DNA from: Mobula hypostoma
Taxonomy: Eukaryota
DNA: 64,000 nt
Direction of reading: 5' to 3'
Assembly: GCF_963921235.1 (NCBI RefSeq)
Contig: NC_086097.1
Location: 100,008,001 to 100,072,000, forward strand
Numbering within the stretch: position 1 is the stretch's first letter; every line of letters begins with the position of its first letter. The position numbers and the translations under genes are program-made. This document shows, piece after piece, positions 38,640-52,109 of this stretch. The notes under the pieces were generated by a model that was not told the DNA's origin, did no database searches, and was given only the letters and a program-made list of their open reading frames with translations.

Positions 38640-41600
38640 AAATGCAATATGGGTTGAAGGGCGACTTCCCTGCTTCCTGGGAAAATAGGAGTTATCACTG
38701 TATTGAAACCTGGGTAAAGATCAATCAGACCCTTCCAATTGTAGAAGTGTTTCGCTAACATCACAGGTATGTGAGGTAATAGGACGAATGGTTACAGCAG
38801 GGCTTTCTTATTTTGTGGAAAATAGTGGAGAATTAGCTGTATACCAATCCATGAACAGGAACATGGCGTTAAGTTTGGAACCTGATATTCGTGAAGCCCG
38901 AGTTAATAAAAGGATCAGTCGTAGCAGTTTTCTTTGACGCAGAGAAAGCTGGACACGGATTGCTGCTTAAACTGGAAAGGATGGGAAGAAGTGATAGAAT
39001 GTCAAATTGGATTCAAGAATTTTTTATGGGATAGGAAGATACAAGTTAGTGTGGGACAACGTTCTCTAAGGAGAATGGGATAGAGAATGGGTCTCTACAG
39101 TGGAAAATATGTAGCCACTCCTTTTAATTTTATGATTAATGATATTTTGTTAAATGTAGGCACAGACATTTCCAAATTATTATATACTGATGATATAAAT
39201 TACATAGTTAGGAATATGCAGGCAGCTAGTAATGAAGTGGAGGAGGGTAGTTTAAACTTTCTGTTTCAAAGACTCAAGTTATTTGTGTTTTTTTTCTAAA
39301 ATGAGCATTACACCCACAATTGATCTCAAGTTATGTGGCAAATCTCTCAAACAAAAGTCAGTGGTAACATTTCCAGATATGTGGATGAACACAGGGCTAA
39401 CATGGAAGGTAATTGTGAATATAATTGGCAGAGCAGCAGTGGCTGGAGTTTATGCGAGAAGTGAGGAAGGTGCAAGACAGGTATATTCCAAAAAAGAAGA
39501 AATTTTCGAATGGAAAAAGGATGCAACCGTGGCTGACAAGAGAAGTCAAAGCCAAAGTTAAAGCAAAGGAGAGGGCATACAAGGAAACAAAAATTAGTGG
39601 GAAGACAGAGGATTGGGAAGTTTTTAACAGTTTACAAAAGGAAACTAAGAAGGTCATTAAGAGGGAAAAGATGAACTATGAAAGGAAGCTAGCAGATAAT
39701 ATCAAAGAGGATACTAAAAGCCTTTTCAAGTATATAAAGAGTAAAAGACAGGTGAGAGTAGATATAGGACCGATAGAAAATGATGCTGAAGAAATTGTAA
39801 TGGGAGATAAGGAGATGGCAGAGGAACTGAACAAGTATTTTGCATCAGTCTTCACTGAGGAAGACATCAGCAGGATACCGGACACTCAAGGGTGGCAGGG
39901 AAGAGAAGTGTGCGCAGTCACAATTACGACAGAGAAAGTACTCAGGAAGCTGAATAGTCTAAAGGTAGATAAATCTCCCAGACCAGATGGAATGCACCCG
40001 CGTGTTCTGAAGGAAGTAGCTGTGGAGATTGCGGAGGCATTAGCGATGATCTTTCAAAAGTCAATAGATTCTGGCGTGGTTCTGGAGGACTGGAAGATTG
40101 CAAATGTCACTCTGCTATTTAAGAAGGGGGCAAGGAAGCAAAAAGGAAATTATAGACTTGTTAGCTTGACATTGGTGGTTGGGAAGTTGTTGGAGTTGAT
40201 TGTCAAGGATGAGGTTACAGAGTACCTGGAGGCATACGACAAGATAGGCAGAACTCAGCATGGATTCCTTAAAGGAAAATCCTGCCTGACAAACCTATTA
40301 CAATTTTTTGAGGAAATTACCAGTAGGCTAGACAAGGGAGATGCAGTGGATGTTGTATATTTGGATTTTCAGAAGGCCTTTGACATGGTGCCACACATGA
40401 GGCTACCTAGCAAGATAAGAGCCCATGGAATTATGGGAAAGTTACATACGTGGATAGAGCATTGGCTGATTGGCAGGAAACAGAGAGTGGGAATAAAGGG
40501 ATCCTATTCTGGTTGGCTGCCGGTTACCAGTGGTGTTCCACAGGGATCAGTGTTGGGGCCGCTTCTTTTTACATTGTACATCAATGATTTGGATTATGGA
40601 ATAGATGGCTTTGTGGCTAAGTTTGCTGATGAAACGAAGATAGGTGGAGGGGCCGGTAGTGCTGAGGAAACAGAGTCTGCAGAGAGACTTGGATAGGTCG
40701 GAAGAATGGGCAGAGAAGTGGCAAATGAAATACAATGTTGGAAAGTGTATGGTTATGCACTTTGGCAGAAGAAATAAACAGGCAGACTATTATTTAAATG
40801 GGGAGAGAATTCAAAGTTCTGAGATGCAACAGAATTTGGGAGTCCTCGTACAGGACACCCTTGAGGTTAGCTTCCAGGTTGAGTCGGTGGTGAAGAAGGC
40901 GAATGCAAGGTTGGCATTCATTTCTAGAGGAATAGAGTATAGGAGCAGGTATGTGATGTTGAGGCCCTATAAGGCATTGGTGAGATCTCACTTGGAGTAC
41001 TGTGGGCAGTTTTGGTCTCCTTATTTAAGAAAGGATGTGCTGACATTGGAGAGGGTACAGAGAAGATTCACTAGAATGATTCTGGGAATGAGAGGGTTAA
41101 CATATGAGGAACGTTTGTCCAGTCTTGGACTGTATTCCTTGGAGTTTAGAAGAATGAGGGGAGACCTGATAGAAACATTTTGAATGTTGAAAGGCATGGA
41201 CAGAGTGGATGTAGCAAAGTTGTTTCCCATGATGGTGGAGTCTAGTACGAGAGGGCATGACTTAAGGATTGAAGAGCGGCCATTCAGAACAGAAATGTGA
41301 AGAAATTTTTTTAGCCAGAGGGTGGTGAATCTATGGAATTTGTTGCCATGGGCGGCAGTGGAGGCCAAGTCATTGGGTGTATTTAAGGCAGAGATTGATA
41401 GGTATCTGAGTAGCCAGGGCATCAAAGGTTATGGTGAGAAGGCGGGGGAGTGGGACTAAATGGGAGAATGGATCAGCTCATGATAAAATGGCGGAGCAGA
41501 CTCGATGGGCCGAATGGCCGACTTCTGCTCCTTTGTCTTATGGTCTTATGATTCTAGAGGAGTGTAAAAAAAGCCCTTAGTGTGCTCTGGTGCTTGGGTG

Positions 41601-43101
41601 CAATTGGGAATGCAAGTAGGAGGTCACTTAGACAAATGTATATTACTTTAATCAGATCTGTCTTTATTATGGATGTGTTGCTTATGGGTTAGCCTCGCCA
41701 ACAGCCTTAAAGCCGCTAGATAAAGTTCAATCATCGAGATTGTGTTGTGGTTCAATTAAATCATACCCAGTTTCAGCATTGCCTGTAGAAATGGGTGAAG
41801 TACCATACATCTACACAGGTTACAGTTAGAAATGGTTTATTGAGTTAATGTAAGAGGTCATAAAGTTGGTCATCCAGTATTGGCAACATTGGTAGAGTGA
41901 TGAGAGCTCTGCATTCATAAAGTCTTCAGTTTTGGGTGGTTGGGAATGGAATGGGTACAAAATTCTGGTTGTTTAATGTGGATTATGGTCCCAGTGTGCC
42001 CCTTTCTGTCAGCCCTCCATGTTTTTCCCATTGCCTGTGGTTGATTTCGGCCTTCAGTGAAAGATCAAAATGAGGAGTGGTTGTTTATCAATGGCCCAGG
42101 AAGTTCAGCAATACATGCAAGGCAGATATTATGGATTCTTACATATCTACACAGATGTTTTAAAAGATTCAATGACAGGTTGTTCAGGTGTTTCTGTTTC
42201 AGATGACTATTAAAAAATTGTCAGACCAAGTAACAGTATTCATGTCTGAGATGGTTGCTATCGTTTTAGCCTTGGAAAGGGTGGAAGAAGTACACGCTGA
42301 TTATGTACTTCTGTGCTCTGATTCATTCTAGGTCTTGACATCTATTAAAACTGGTATTTGAAGTTGTAGTCCAGACACTCTTCATGAGATTGGAGAATAT
42401 CTGTTGAGGCTGCAGGGTCTAGATCTGTGTATACATTTCATATGGGTTGCTGCCCATGTTGGGATTGAAGGAAACGAGGTGGCAGACATTCTTGCCAAGT
42501 AATCATTTAAAATAAAGATATAAATGTAGTGGTGCCTTTGCTTGAGGGGTGGTGGTGAAAAACATAATTAAAAGGTCTATTCAATCACTGTGACAACAAA
42601 GTTGGGATAAAGAAAAAAAGGTACAATATTTATATAAAATTCAGAGGATGGTGGGAACACAACTGGGAGAAGAGTATAAAAAGAAAGGAAGAAGTTGATC
42701 ATAGGTGTTTACATATTGGACATGCTAGGTTGAATAATTCCTTATTCAGAATTAATATGCATGATACGGGAATTTGTGGGGAGTGCACTTGTCAAGAAAC
42801 GGCGAAGCATAAATTGTTTAAATGCAGTTTGAGCTGCTAAGGAAACATGTAGTTGATAAATTGAGATCTTTGGGACAGAGATAGTTTAACGTGGAAAGTT
42901 AAGATATTACTGCCATTGTAATGTGTATAAAGTGTATTTGACTTTCTGAAAGCATTAGACTTCTTGATATTATTTAAGATTTTTTGGGGTCAGGGAATTT
43001 AGTAGGTATACTTCCTGTCTCTTTGCTGCACTCTCTAACTCAGTAGGTGGCAGTAATGCACCTTATGTTGGTCTGCCAACCACCATTAAACTTTAGAAGA
43101 A
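38640..43101 (+). mobile_element. Degenerate Nimb/I-clade LINE with RNase H, split by a CR1 insertion
   Basis: RT remnants (LKPG, AVFFDAEKA) at 38640-39420; RNase H IYTD, CSDS, WVAAHVGIEGNEVADILAK at ~42140-42500; C-terminal Cys/His knuckle ETAKH..FKC; GAA-type tail. Confidence 0.75.
39420..41552 (+). mobile_element. Young 5'-truncated CR1 LINE
   Basis: RT ORFs 39425-40696 and 40644-41183; (TCTTATGG)n tail. Confidence 0.95.
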
Positions 43102-43244
43102 GCAAAGTGGAGAAAAACAAACGTTGTTCTTCACAGAACTAACAACACAATGTCTGAGAATAGACCATGAAAAGTAGCTGTTTGAGAAGTGGCTGGGTGT
43201 TCAGTCAAAGAGTGTAGTGAAGAGGTGTAGTTTGGGGGAAGAAT

Positions 43245-44100
43245 TTAAGTTTGCCAATGACACCGCTGTTGTTGGAGGAATCAGGGGTGGTGATGGATCA
43301 GCATATAGGTGGGAGATTATGCATCTGGCTGAGTGGTGCCATAACAACAACCTCTCACTCAGTGTCAGCAGGACCAAGGAGATGATTATTGACTTCAGGA
43401 GGAGGGAACCAGAGGTCCATGAGCCAGTCCTCATCAGGGATTAGAGGTGAAGAGAGTCAGAAACTTTAAATTCCTTGGTGTTATTATTTCAGAGGATCTG
43501 TTCTTGGTTCAGAACATAAGTGCCATTATGAAGGAAACATGGTGGCACCTCTACTTTCTTTGAAGTTTGCAAAGATTCAGCGTGTCATCTGAAACTTTGA
43601 TAAACCTATATAGGCATGTGGTGGAGAGTATACTTACCAGTTGCATCATGCTCCTGTATGGAAAAGCCTAGAAAAGTAGTGGATACAGGTCAGTCCATCA
43701 CAGGTAACTCTCTCCTCACCATTGAGCACATCTACATGGAGCGCTGTTGCAGGAAAGCAGCATCCATCATTAGGGACACCTACCATCCAGACCATTCTCT
43801 GTTCTCACTGCTGCCATCAGGAAGGTGGTACAGGAGCCTCAGGACCTGCACTATCAGTTCAGGAACAGTTATTACCCCTCAACCATCAGGGTCTTGAACT
43901 GGTGGGGATAACTTCACTGAACTTCACTTGCCCCATCTCAGGGCTATTCCCACAACCTATGGACTCATCTTCAAGGACTCTTCATCTCGTGTTCTCAATA
44001 TTTATGTATTAATTAATTTATTTCATTATTATTTCCTTTTTTTCTCTTTCTTTTTGTATTTGCACAGTTTGGTTTCTTTGCACATCGGCTGTTTGTCCGT
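43245..44100 (+). mobile_element. Rex1/Babar LINE 3' fragment
   Basis: KFANDTAVVG, WCHNNNLSLSVSRTKEMIIDFRR. Confidence 0.85.
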
Positions 44101-44109
44101 CCTGACAAC

Positions 44110-44820
44110 GAGATCTAGGTGTCCTTGTTCATCAGTCACTGAAAGTAAGCATACAGGTACAGCAGGCTGTGAAGAGAGCTAATGGCATGTTGGCTTTCAT
44201 AACAAGGGAATTGAGTATAGGAGCAAAGAGGTCCTTCTGCAGTTGTACAGGGCCCTGGTGAGACCCCACCTGGAGTATTGCGTACAGTTTTGGTCTCCAA
44301 ATTTGAGGAAGGACATTCTTGCTATGGAGGGAGTGCAGCCAGGGTTCACTAGGTTAATTCCAGGGATGGTAGGAATGTCATATGTTGAAAGATTGGAACG
44401 ACTGGGCTTGTATACACTGGAATTTAGAAGGATGAGAGGGGATCTGATTGAAACATGTAAGATTATTAAGGGATTGGACATGCTAGAGGCAGCAAACATG
44501 TTCCCGATGTTGGGGGAGTCCAAAACCAGAGGCCACAGACAGTTTAAGCATAAGGGGTAGACCATTTAGAACGGAGTTAAGGAAAAACTTTTTCACACAG
44601 AGGGTTGTGGATCTGTGGAATGCTCTGCCTATTAAGGCAGTGGAGGCCAATTCTCTGGATTCTTTCAAGAAGGAGTTAGATAGAGCTCTTAAAGATAGCG
44701 GAGTGAAGGGATATGGGGAGAAAGCAGGAACAGGGTACTGATTGTGGATGATCAGCCATGATCACAGTGAATGGTGGTGCTGGCTCGAATGGCCTTCTCC
44801 TGCACCTATTGCCTATCGTC
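44110..44820 (+). mobile_element. CR1 3' fragment
   Basis: YRALVRPHLEYCVQFWSP, RMRGDLIE. Confidence 0.9.
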
Positions 44821-45219
44821 CTGTTAGGTATGGTCTTTCATTGATTCTGTTGTCTGTCTTGTATTACTGTGATTTGTCCACAAGAAAAAGAAATGAATCT
44901 CAGGGTTGTATATGGTGACATATATGTACTTTGATAATAAATTTACTTTGAACTTTTGAACTTTGAAACCAGAGTTGAGGTACAGGAGTGACTGCAGAGT
45001 TGAGGGCCTTGTCCCACCTGTCATTGGTGGGTCTCTGCAGCATCGAGAAGCCAGACTGAGATGCGAGCAGTCACCTGGGAGAGCCTGGGACGCCAAGGGG
45101 TTTGGGAGGAATATGATGCAGAAAAGTAAGTAACAAAGTCAGTTACACAGTTTGAAACTCTGGACTGTGATGAGATCGAGTTGAGTCTAGTTTACTTTCT
45201 ATGTACAAATACATTCTTG

Positions 45220-47430
45220 GGTATTGCTGTTCCATCACCATGCTGTGATACAACCTTTCAACCTCCACTGTGCATCTATAGAAGTCTGTCAAAGCTTCAG
45301 ATGAGATGCCAAATCTGCACAAACTTGTAAGGAAGTCGGGGCGCTGCTGTGCCGCCTTTGTAACGGCACTTGCCTGCTGGTCCCAGGACAGATCCTCGGA
45401 AATGATAGCGCCAAGGAATTTAAAGTTACTGACCCTCTCCACCTCTGATCCCTTAATGAGGATCGTGGATTTCTGGTTTCCTCTTCCTGTAGTCAATAAT
45501 CTGGCCTGGTTTTGCTGATATTGAGGGAGAGGTGGTTGTTGTGGTACCGTTCAGCCAGATTTTCGATCTCCCTCCTGTACACAGACTCATCACCATCTTT
45601 AATTCAGCCAGCAATGATGATGTCATCAGCAAACTTAAATATGACATTGGAGCTGTACTTAGCCTCATGATCATAAGTATCAACTGAGCAGAACAGAAGG
45701 CTAAGCACACATCATTGTGGTGATTGTGGAGGAGATTTTGTTGCTGATCCGAACTAGTGGGTCTGCAACAGAGGAAGATGAGGATCCAGTTGCACAAGGG
45801 GGTATCAAGGCCTCAGTCTGGGAGCTTGTTGATTAGTTTTGAGGGACAATGGTGTTGAATGCAGAGTTGTCGTCAATGACGAGCATCCTGATGTAGGCAG
45901 CCAATCCACTGCTCAGGCAGGGGTTATATGTTTCATCACCAACCTCTCAAAGCACTTCGTCGCAGTGGCTGTAAGTGCTACTGGGCAACAGTCAATGAGG
46001 CAGGTGACCACGTTCTTCTCAGGCACTGGTATAATTGAAGCCTGCCTGAAGCGGGTGGGTACCTCAGACTGCCGAAGTGAGAGGTTCAACATCTCAGTGA
46101 ACACTCCAGCCTGTTGGTTAGCCCAGGTCTTCAGTACTTGGCCCAGCACACCGTCTGGGCCTGATGCTTTCCATGGGTTCATGAAGTAACGTTGGTTTCA
46201 GAGACTGGAATTTTGTTATATTTATTTTATATTTTATTTAGTAATATAGCGCAGAGTCGGCCCTTTGAACAACCCCCAACAAACCCAATTAACCCTAACC
46301 TAATCATAGGACAATTTACAATGACCAGTTAACCTACTTGGTATGTTTCTGGACTGTGGGAGGAAACCAGAGGACCTGGAGAAAACCCAGGCAGTCCTTG
46401 GGGAGGGTGTAAAGAGATTTCTTAAAGACTGGCAGCGGAATTGAACTCCCAACCCTGGATCTCCCCGAGCTGTACTAACGTCACACTAACCACTAAGCTA
46501 CCATGAAATCACAGGGTCGTCGGGGGGCTGTCGGGGTTTGTGAAAGTACCTCCATGTTCTGTTGGTCAAAGTGAGCACAAAAAGCATTGAGCTCATCTGG
46601 GAGTGAAACCTCGTTGTTTGGTTTGGCTTTGTAGGAGGTGATAGCATTCAAACACTGCCACAACTGTTGAGCATCCTCTAGGATTCAAATTCGATTTAGA
46701 AATGCCACTTTGCTCCCAAGGCAATACCAGTATCTCTCGTAGTTTGTTGGTCGCTAGGCCTGAATGGCACCGATCTAGCGCTATCCAGGGCTTCTGGTTG
46801 GGGAAGACTCTGAGTGATTTTGTGGGGACACACTCATCCATGTGTATCCTTATGACAGACAAACAAGACAAAGGCATCTGTTACTCTTGCAAGACCATGG
46901 ATCTGCACCTGGAAAGTCTTCAATCTCCAGGGCGCAGGCCTGGGCAAGGTTGTATGGAAGACCAGCAGTTGCCCATGCTGCAAGTCTCCCCTCTCCACGA
47001 CACCGATATTGTCCAAGGGAAGGGCATTAAGACCCATACAGCTTGGCACCGGTGTCGTCACTGAGCAATGTGTGGCTAAGTGCCTTGCTCAAGGACGCAA
47101 CATGTTCCCTCGGCTGGGGCTCGAACTCACGACCTTCAGGTCGCTAGTCCAATGCCGTAACCACTTGGCCACGTACCCACGTATCCTTATGAAGTGTGTG
47201 ACAACTGTGGCATATTCATTCAGGACCTCTGATAAGTTCTTGAATGTGGCCTAGTCAGCTGACTGGAAGAAATCCTCCAGTTGCTCCTCTGCCTCCCACA
47301 ACCACCGCTTTGTTTTCCTTATCTCTGGTCCCTCACACCTCAACCTCTGCCTGTACGCAGGCAGGAGGGGTCAGCCAGATGATCAGATTTCCTGAAAGGA
47401 GGTGTAGGGGTGAAACGGTAGGTGTTCCTC
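45220..47430 (-). mobile_element. Rex1/Babar LINE remnant with nested SINEs
   Basis: KASGPDGV, VALTAT.TKCFERLV, VFPNQKPWI. Confidence 0.8.
46856..47180 (-). mobile_element. tRNA-derived SINE with 12-nt TSD
   Basis: A/B boxes on the minus strand; TSD GTATCCTTATGA at 46844-46855 and 47181-47192. Confidence 0.85.
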
Positions 47431-47932
47431 ATTGTCATGTAACAGTGGTGGAGTCAGGACCCCAGGGTTGCCGCCAGTGATAGACTGATGGCAGCTGGGC
47501 AGAGATTTCTTCACACTAGCCCGATTACAGTCCCCAGCAAGGATGTGAAGTGTCAGGCAAGGCTGTTCCTTGTTTGCTAATCATGGCATTCTATGCATTG
47601 AATGCTTGGCCAACATCTGCCTTTGGCAGTATGTAAGCTGCAGTTAGGAATACAGTGGAGAACTGTCTCAGTAAGTAGAAGGCTTGGTACTGAAATGATT
47701 AGGTGCTCTAGGTGGGGGAACAGGTCCAACTGAACTACCTACCTTCAACCCTTTCAGCTTCCCAATCACTTTCCCCTTATTAATGACAACTATGCTCACT
47801 TCTGCCCCTGACTCTCTCAAATTGCTGATGTCAGGAGAATACTTACTGAGTTCACTCGCTGTAGTTTTGTACTCCATTACTACCTCTCTGGTGTCATCTT
47901 TGAATCATTCTCACCTCTCCTTACTCTTTATA

Positions 47933-49510
47933 CATTGCCTATAAAAAGTATTCACTGCCCCCCCCCAAGAAATTTTCATGTTTCATTGTTTTACGACGTT
48001 GAATCACAGTGGATCTAGTTTGGCTTTTTGACACTGATCAACAGAAAAAGACTCTCCTGTCAAAGTGAAAACAGATCTCTACAAAGTGATGTAAATTAAT
48101 TACAAATATAAAACACAAAATAATTGATTGTGTAAGCATTCACTCCCTTTTAATGTGACACACCAAATCATCACTGGTGCAGCCAGTTGGTTTTAGAAGT
48201 CACATAATTAATTAAATGGAGGCAAGGTGTTTCAATTGATTGTAGTAAAATACACCCGTATCTGGAAGGTCCAACTGCTGGTGAGTCAGTATCCTGGCAA
48301 AAACTACACCATGAAGACAAAAGAACACTCCAAGCAACTCTGCAAAAAGGTTATTGAAAAGCATGTCCGGAGATGGATACAAGAAAATTTCCAAGTCATT
48401 GAATATCTCTTGGAGTATAGTTCAGTCAGTCATCAAGAAATGGAAAGAATATGGCACAGCTGTAAATCTGCCCAGAGCAGGCTGTTCTCAAAACTGAGTG
48501 ACCAGGCAAGAAGGGACCAGTGAGGGAGGCCACCAAGAGACCTATGAAAACTGCACGAGTTACAAGCTTCAGTGGCTGAGATGGGAGAGCACGTACAACA
48601 ACTGTTGCCCAGTTGCAGCTTTATTGGAAAGTGGCAAAGAGAAAGCCAGTGTTGGGGGAAAAAACTCACATGAAATCTCAGCTAGAATTTGCCAGAAAGC
48701 ATGTGGGAAACTCTGAAGTCAGCTGGAAGAAGGTTCTATGGTTCGATGAAACCAAAATTGAGCTTTTTGGCCATCGGACTAAACACCGCACATCATCAAA
48801 AACACACCATCCCCACCATGAAGCATGGTGGTGGCTGCATCATGCTGTGGGATGTTTCACTACAGCAGGCCCTGGAAGGCTTGTGAAGGTAGAAGGTAAA
48901 ATGAATTCAGCTAAATTCGGGAAATCCTGAAGGAAAACCTGATGCAGTCTGTAAGAGAACTGCAACTTGGGAAAAGATTTGTTTTCCAGCAAGGCAATGA
49001 CGCTAAGCATAAAGCCAAAGCTACACAGGAATGGCTTCAAAACAACAACATTAATGTTCTGGAGAGGCCAAGTCAGAGTCCAGACCTCAATCCAATTGAG
49101 AATTTGTGGCTGGACTTGAAAAGGGCTGTTCACTCATGATCCCCATGCAATCTGACAGAGTTTGAGCAGTTTTGTAAAGAAGAATGGGGGAGAAATTGCA
49201 GTGTCCAGGTGTGCAAAGCTGATAGAGACCTATCCACACAGACTCAAGGCTGTAGTTGCTGCCAAAGGAGCATCTACTAAATACTGACTTGAAGGGGGTG
49301 AGTAATTATGCAATCAATTATTTTGTGTTTAATAATTGTAATAAATTTAGACCAATTTGTAGAAATTTGTTTTCACGTTGACAAAAAAGAGTCTTTTTCT
49401 GTTGATCAGTGTCAAAAAAGCCAAATTAAATTCACTGTGATTCAATTTGTAAAACAATAAACATGAAAACTTATAGGGGGATGGGGTGGGGATACTTTTT
49501 ATAGGCACTG
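47933..49510 (+). mobile_element. Full-length but inactivated Tc1-like transposon with long TIRs
   Basis: TA flanks; ~200-bp imperfect TIRs; frameshifted transposase from 48311 ([39 protein letters not shown]). Confidence 0.95.
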
Positions 49511-49884
49511 TACTTCTGAACAAAATTTCTGAAATCCTCTGTGATATTTTTGGCTAGCTTGCCTTCCTATTTCATCTTTTCTCTCTTTATGGCTTTTTTA
49601 GTTGCCTTCTGTTGGTTTTTTAAAGTTCCCCACTTCTCTAGCCTCCCACTAATTTTTGCTATATGCCCTCTGTTTTGCTCTTATGGTGTCTTTGATTTGT
49701 CTTGACAGCCTCAGTTGCCTCATCTTCCCCTTCTTCATCTTTGGGATGTATATATCTTATGCCTTTCAATCAACTTTGGCCAGCTCCTCTCTCAAGCCTC
49801 AATAGTTCCTTTTACTCCATTGTAATACCGATACATCTTATTTTAGCTTCTCCCTCTTCAACTGCAGGGGGAACTCAATCATAT

Positions 49885-50502
49885 TGTAATGCCCTGGTTC
49901 ATATTTTTACTGTTATGCTGTATGTATTCCATTTAGCGGTTCTGTAAGAACAGTCTGTTCTGTTTTCGCTTGTTTGTTTTATTGTTGAAGATAAGGGATG
50001 ATGAGAAATGTATGCCATCCAATTAGGATGGTAGATCTGAGGGGAGGTTTTTCTGTGAGGAACACTAAGGGTGGGCTTGGGCTTTTGTTCGGCAGGAGAT
50101 GAAGAGAGAAGACGTTGGAGAGAACAGGTCATATGATTTGACCCTGAGCGGGACTGCAAATCGATTAAGCCAGAGGCAATGATCGATTGAGGATCGGTGA
50201 ATATGGCGAAACACTGAGCTCCAAATTATGCACATTTGACTGTTTAATTAAAATGAGCCCTTTTCTTTTTGTTTTTCTTTACTAACCCTTTAGTTAAGTT
50301 ATGATTCATAAATATAATTCCTTTAATCGTATGCAGTGTACTGTCTGTCATTTTATGGCACTAACTTGTAGCAGGATAACAAATGACACAGCACCCACAC
50401 AGACCGGGGTTTGGGGTGCGACGAGCCGTCTCAATCTCACGAGTTCGGCGGGACTGGAGAGTGTCTTCCCTAGACGCGCAGCCAAGGAAACCGGGGGTTT
50501 CA
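49885..50502. mobile_element. Solo LTR (Gypsy-like)
   Basis: TG...CA termini (TGTAATGCCC / GGGGGTTTCA); 4-bp TSD ATAT on both sides; interrupts a CR1 fragment. Confidence 0.8.
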
Positions 50503-50669
50503 ATATAATGATAACTGTTTCCTTAGGATTCCTTGATCTTAAGTTCCCTTATCAAGTCTGGTTCATTACATACCATGCAATCCAGAATTGCCTTTCCCCT
50601 TGGGGGGCCTGACCACAAGCTGCTCTTAAAAAGCCACCTGACAGGCATTCTAAAATTCCTTCTCTTGGG

Positions 50670-51320
50670 ATTAGATTACATTAGATTATGAGGACACTCG
50701 GTCCCGTTTATTGTCATTTAGAAATGCCTGCATTAAAAAATGATAAAATGTTCCTCCAGAATGATATCACAGAAACACAGGACAAACCAAGACTAAAACT
50801 GACAAAACCATATAATTATAACATATAGTTACAACAGTGCAAAGCAATACTGTAATTTGATAAAGAGCAGACCATGGGCATGGGGAAAAAAAAAGTCTCA
50901 AGTCCCGATAGCCCCATCATCTCACGCAGACGGTAGAAGGGAGAAACTCTCCCTGCCATGAACCTCCAAGCGCCGCAATCTTGCCGATGTATTGGAAGCA
51001 CCCGACTGCAGCGGACTCTGAGTCCGTCCGAAAACTTTGAGCCTCCGACACCAAGCACCAAGCACCATCTCTGCCGAGCGCTTTGACCCCGGGCCCGGCC
51101 GCCAGCAACAAGCAAAGCCGAGGACTCGGGGCCTTCCCCTCCAGAGATTCTGGATTGCACAGTAGCAGCAGCAGCGAAACAGGCATTTCAGAAGTTTCAC
51201 CAGATGTTCCTCCGTGCTCTCACGTCTGCCTCCATTGTGCACAGCACCCTACTTGACAGATAACAGATATCACCACCGGAGTGGCAGCTGCGAGCTGCGC
51301 GGCACCACCATCTTCTCCTG
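50670..51320 (-). mobile_element. Short non-autonomous non-LTR element (GC-rich 5' end, TAATC-repeat tail)
   Basis: Starts AAGATGGTGG on the minus strand; tail ttagattacattagatta; interrupts the CR1 remnant. Confidence 0.55.
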
Positions 51321-52109
51321 CTTTTCTACTTTTCAACACCAACCTGATTTTCCTAATCTACTTGCATAGTGAAGTAACCCATGATTATCATAACATTGCC
51401 CTTTTATCATGCCTTTTCTATCTCTCATTGTAATTTGTACCCCACATCCTGGCTACTGTTCGGAGGCCTGTATATAACTCCCATCAGGGTTCTTTTACTT
51501 GCAGTTTCTTAACTCTACCCACAGGAATTCTACAACTTCTGATCCTATGTCACTTCTTTCTAAGGATATTATTTCCATGTTTTACCCACAGAGCTACTCC
51601 ATCTCCTTTGCCTATCTGCCTATCCTTTCAATACAATGTGCATCCTTAGATGTTAATGTGTGTGTGCTTTCAAATGTAACACCTTCAGTTCTATATTTAT
51701 CACTCTTTTTGATTTTTGTTGAATCCTTATCCCTTTTTGAAATCTTTTGTCTTTTTATTTGTTCTGGAGATGTTCATGACCTCTTTTGCACTTTCCTTCC
51801 CTTTTACAGATGGTGCCAGAATTGAACTCTGAACTTTGGAACGCCCTTAGCTGTAATAACTTCACATTAACCGCTACACTACGGTAGCACCCACCTTCAT
51901 CTTGAGCAGCTGTGTTACACAAGGATATGCTCCATAGGGTGCACACTGAGACAATCACTAAATGCTGTTGGAAGATCAACTCAGTGAAAGACACCCTTTG
52001 CTTTCCCAAATTTTGTGACTCTTCCAGCGCAAGAAGATAGACAGAATGTGGAAGATTGGCAAGGTTGTGAACAACTTTCTGAAGGGTGTAACGGCCACAG
52101 GCTGCCATT

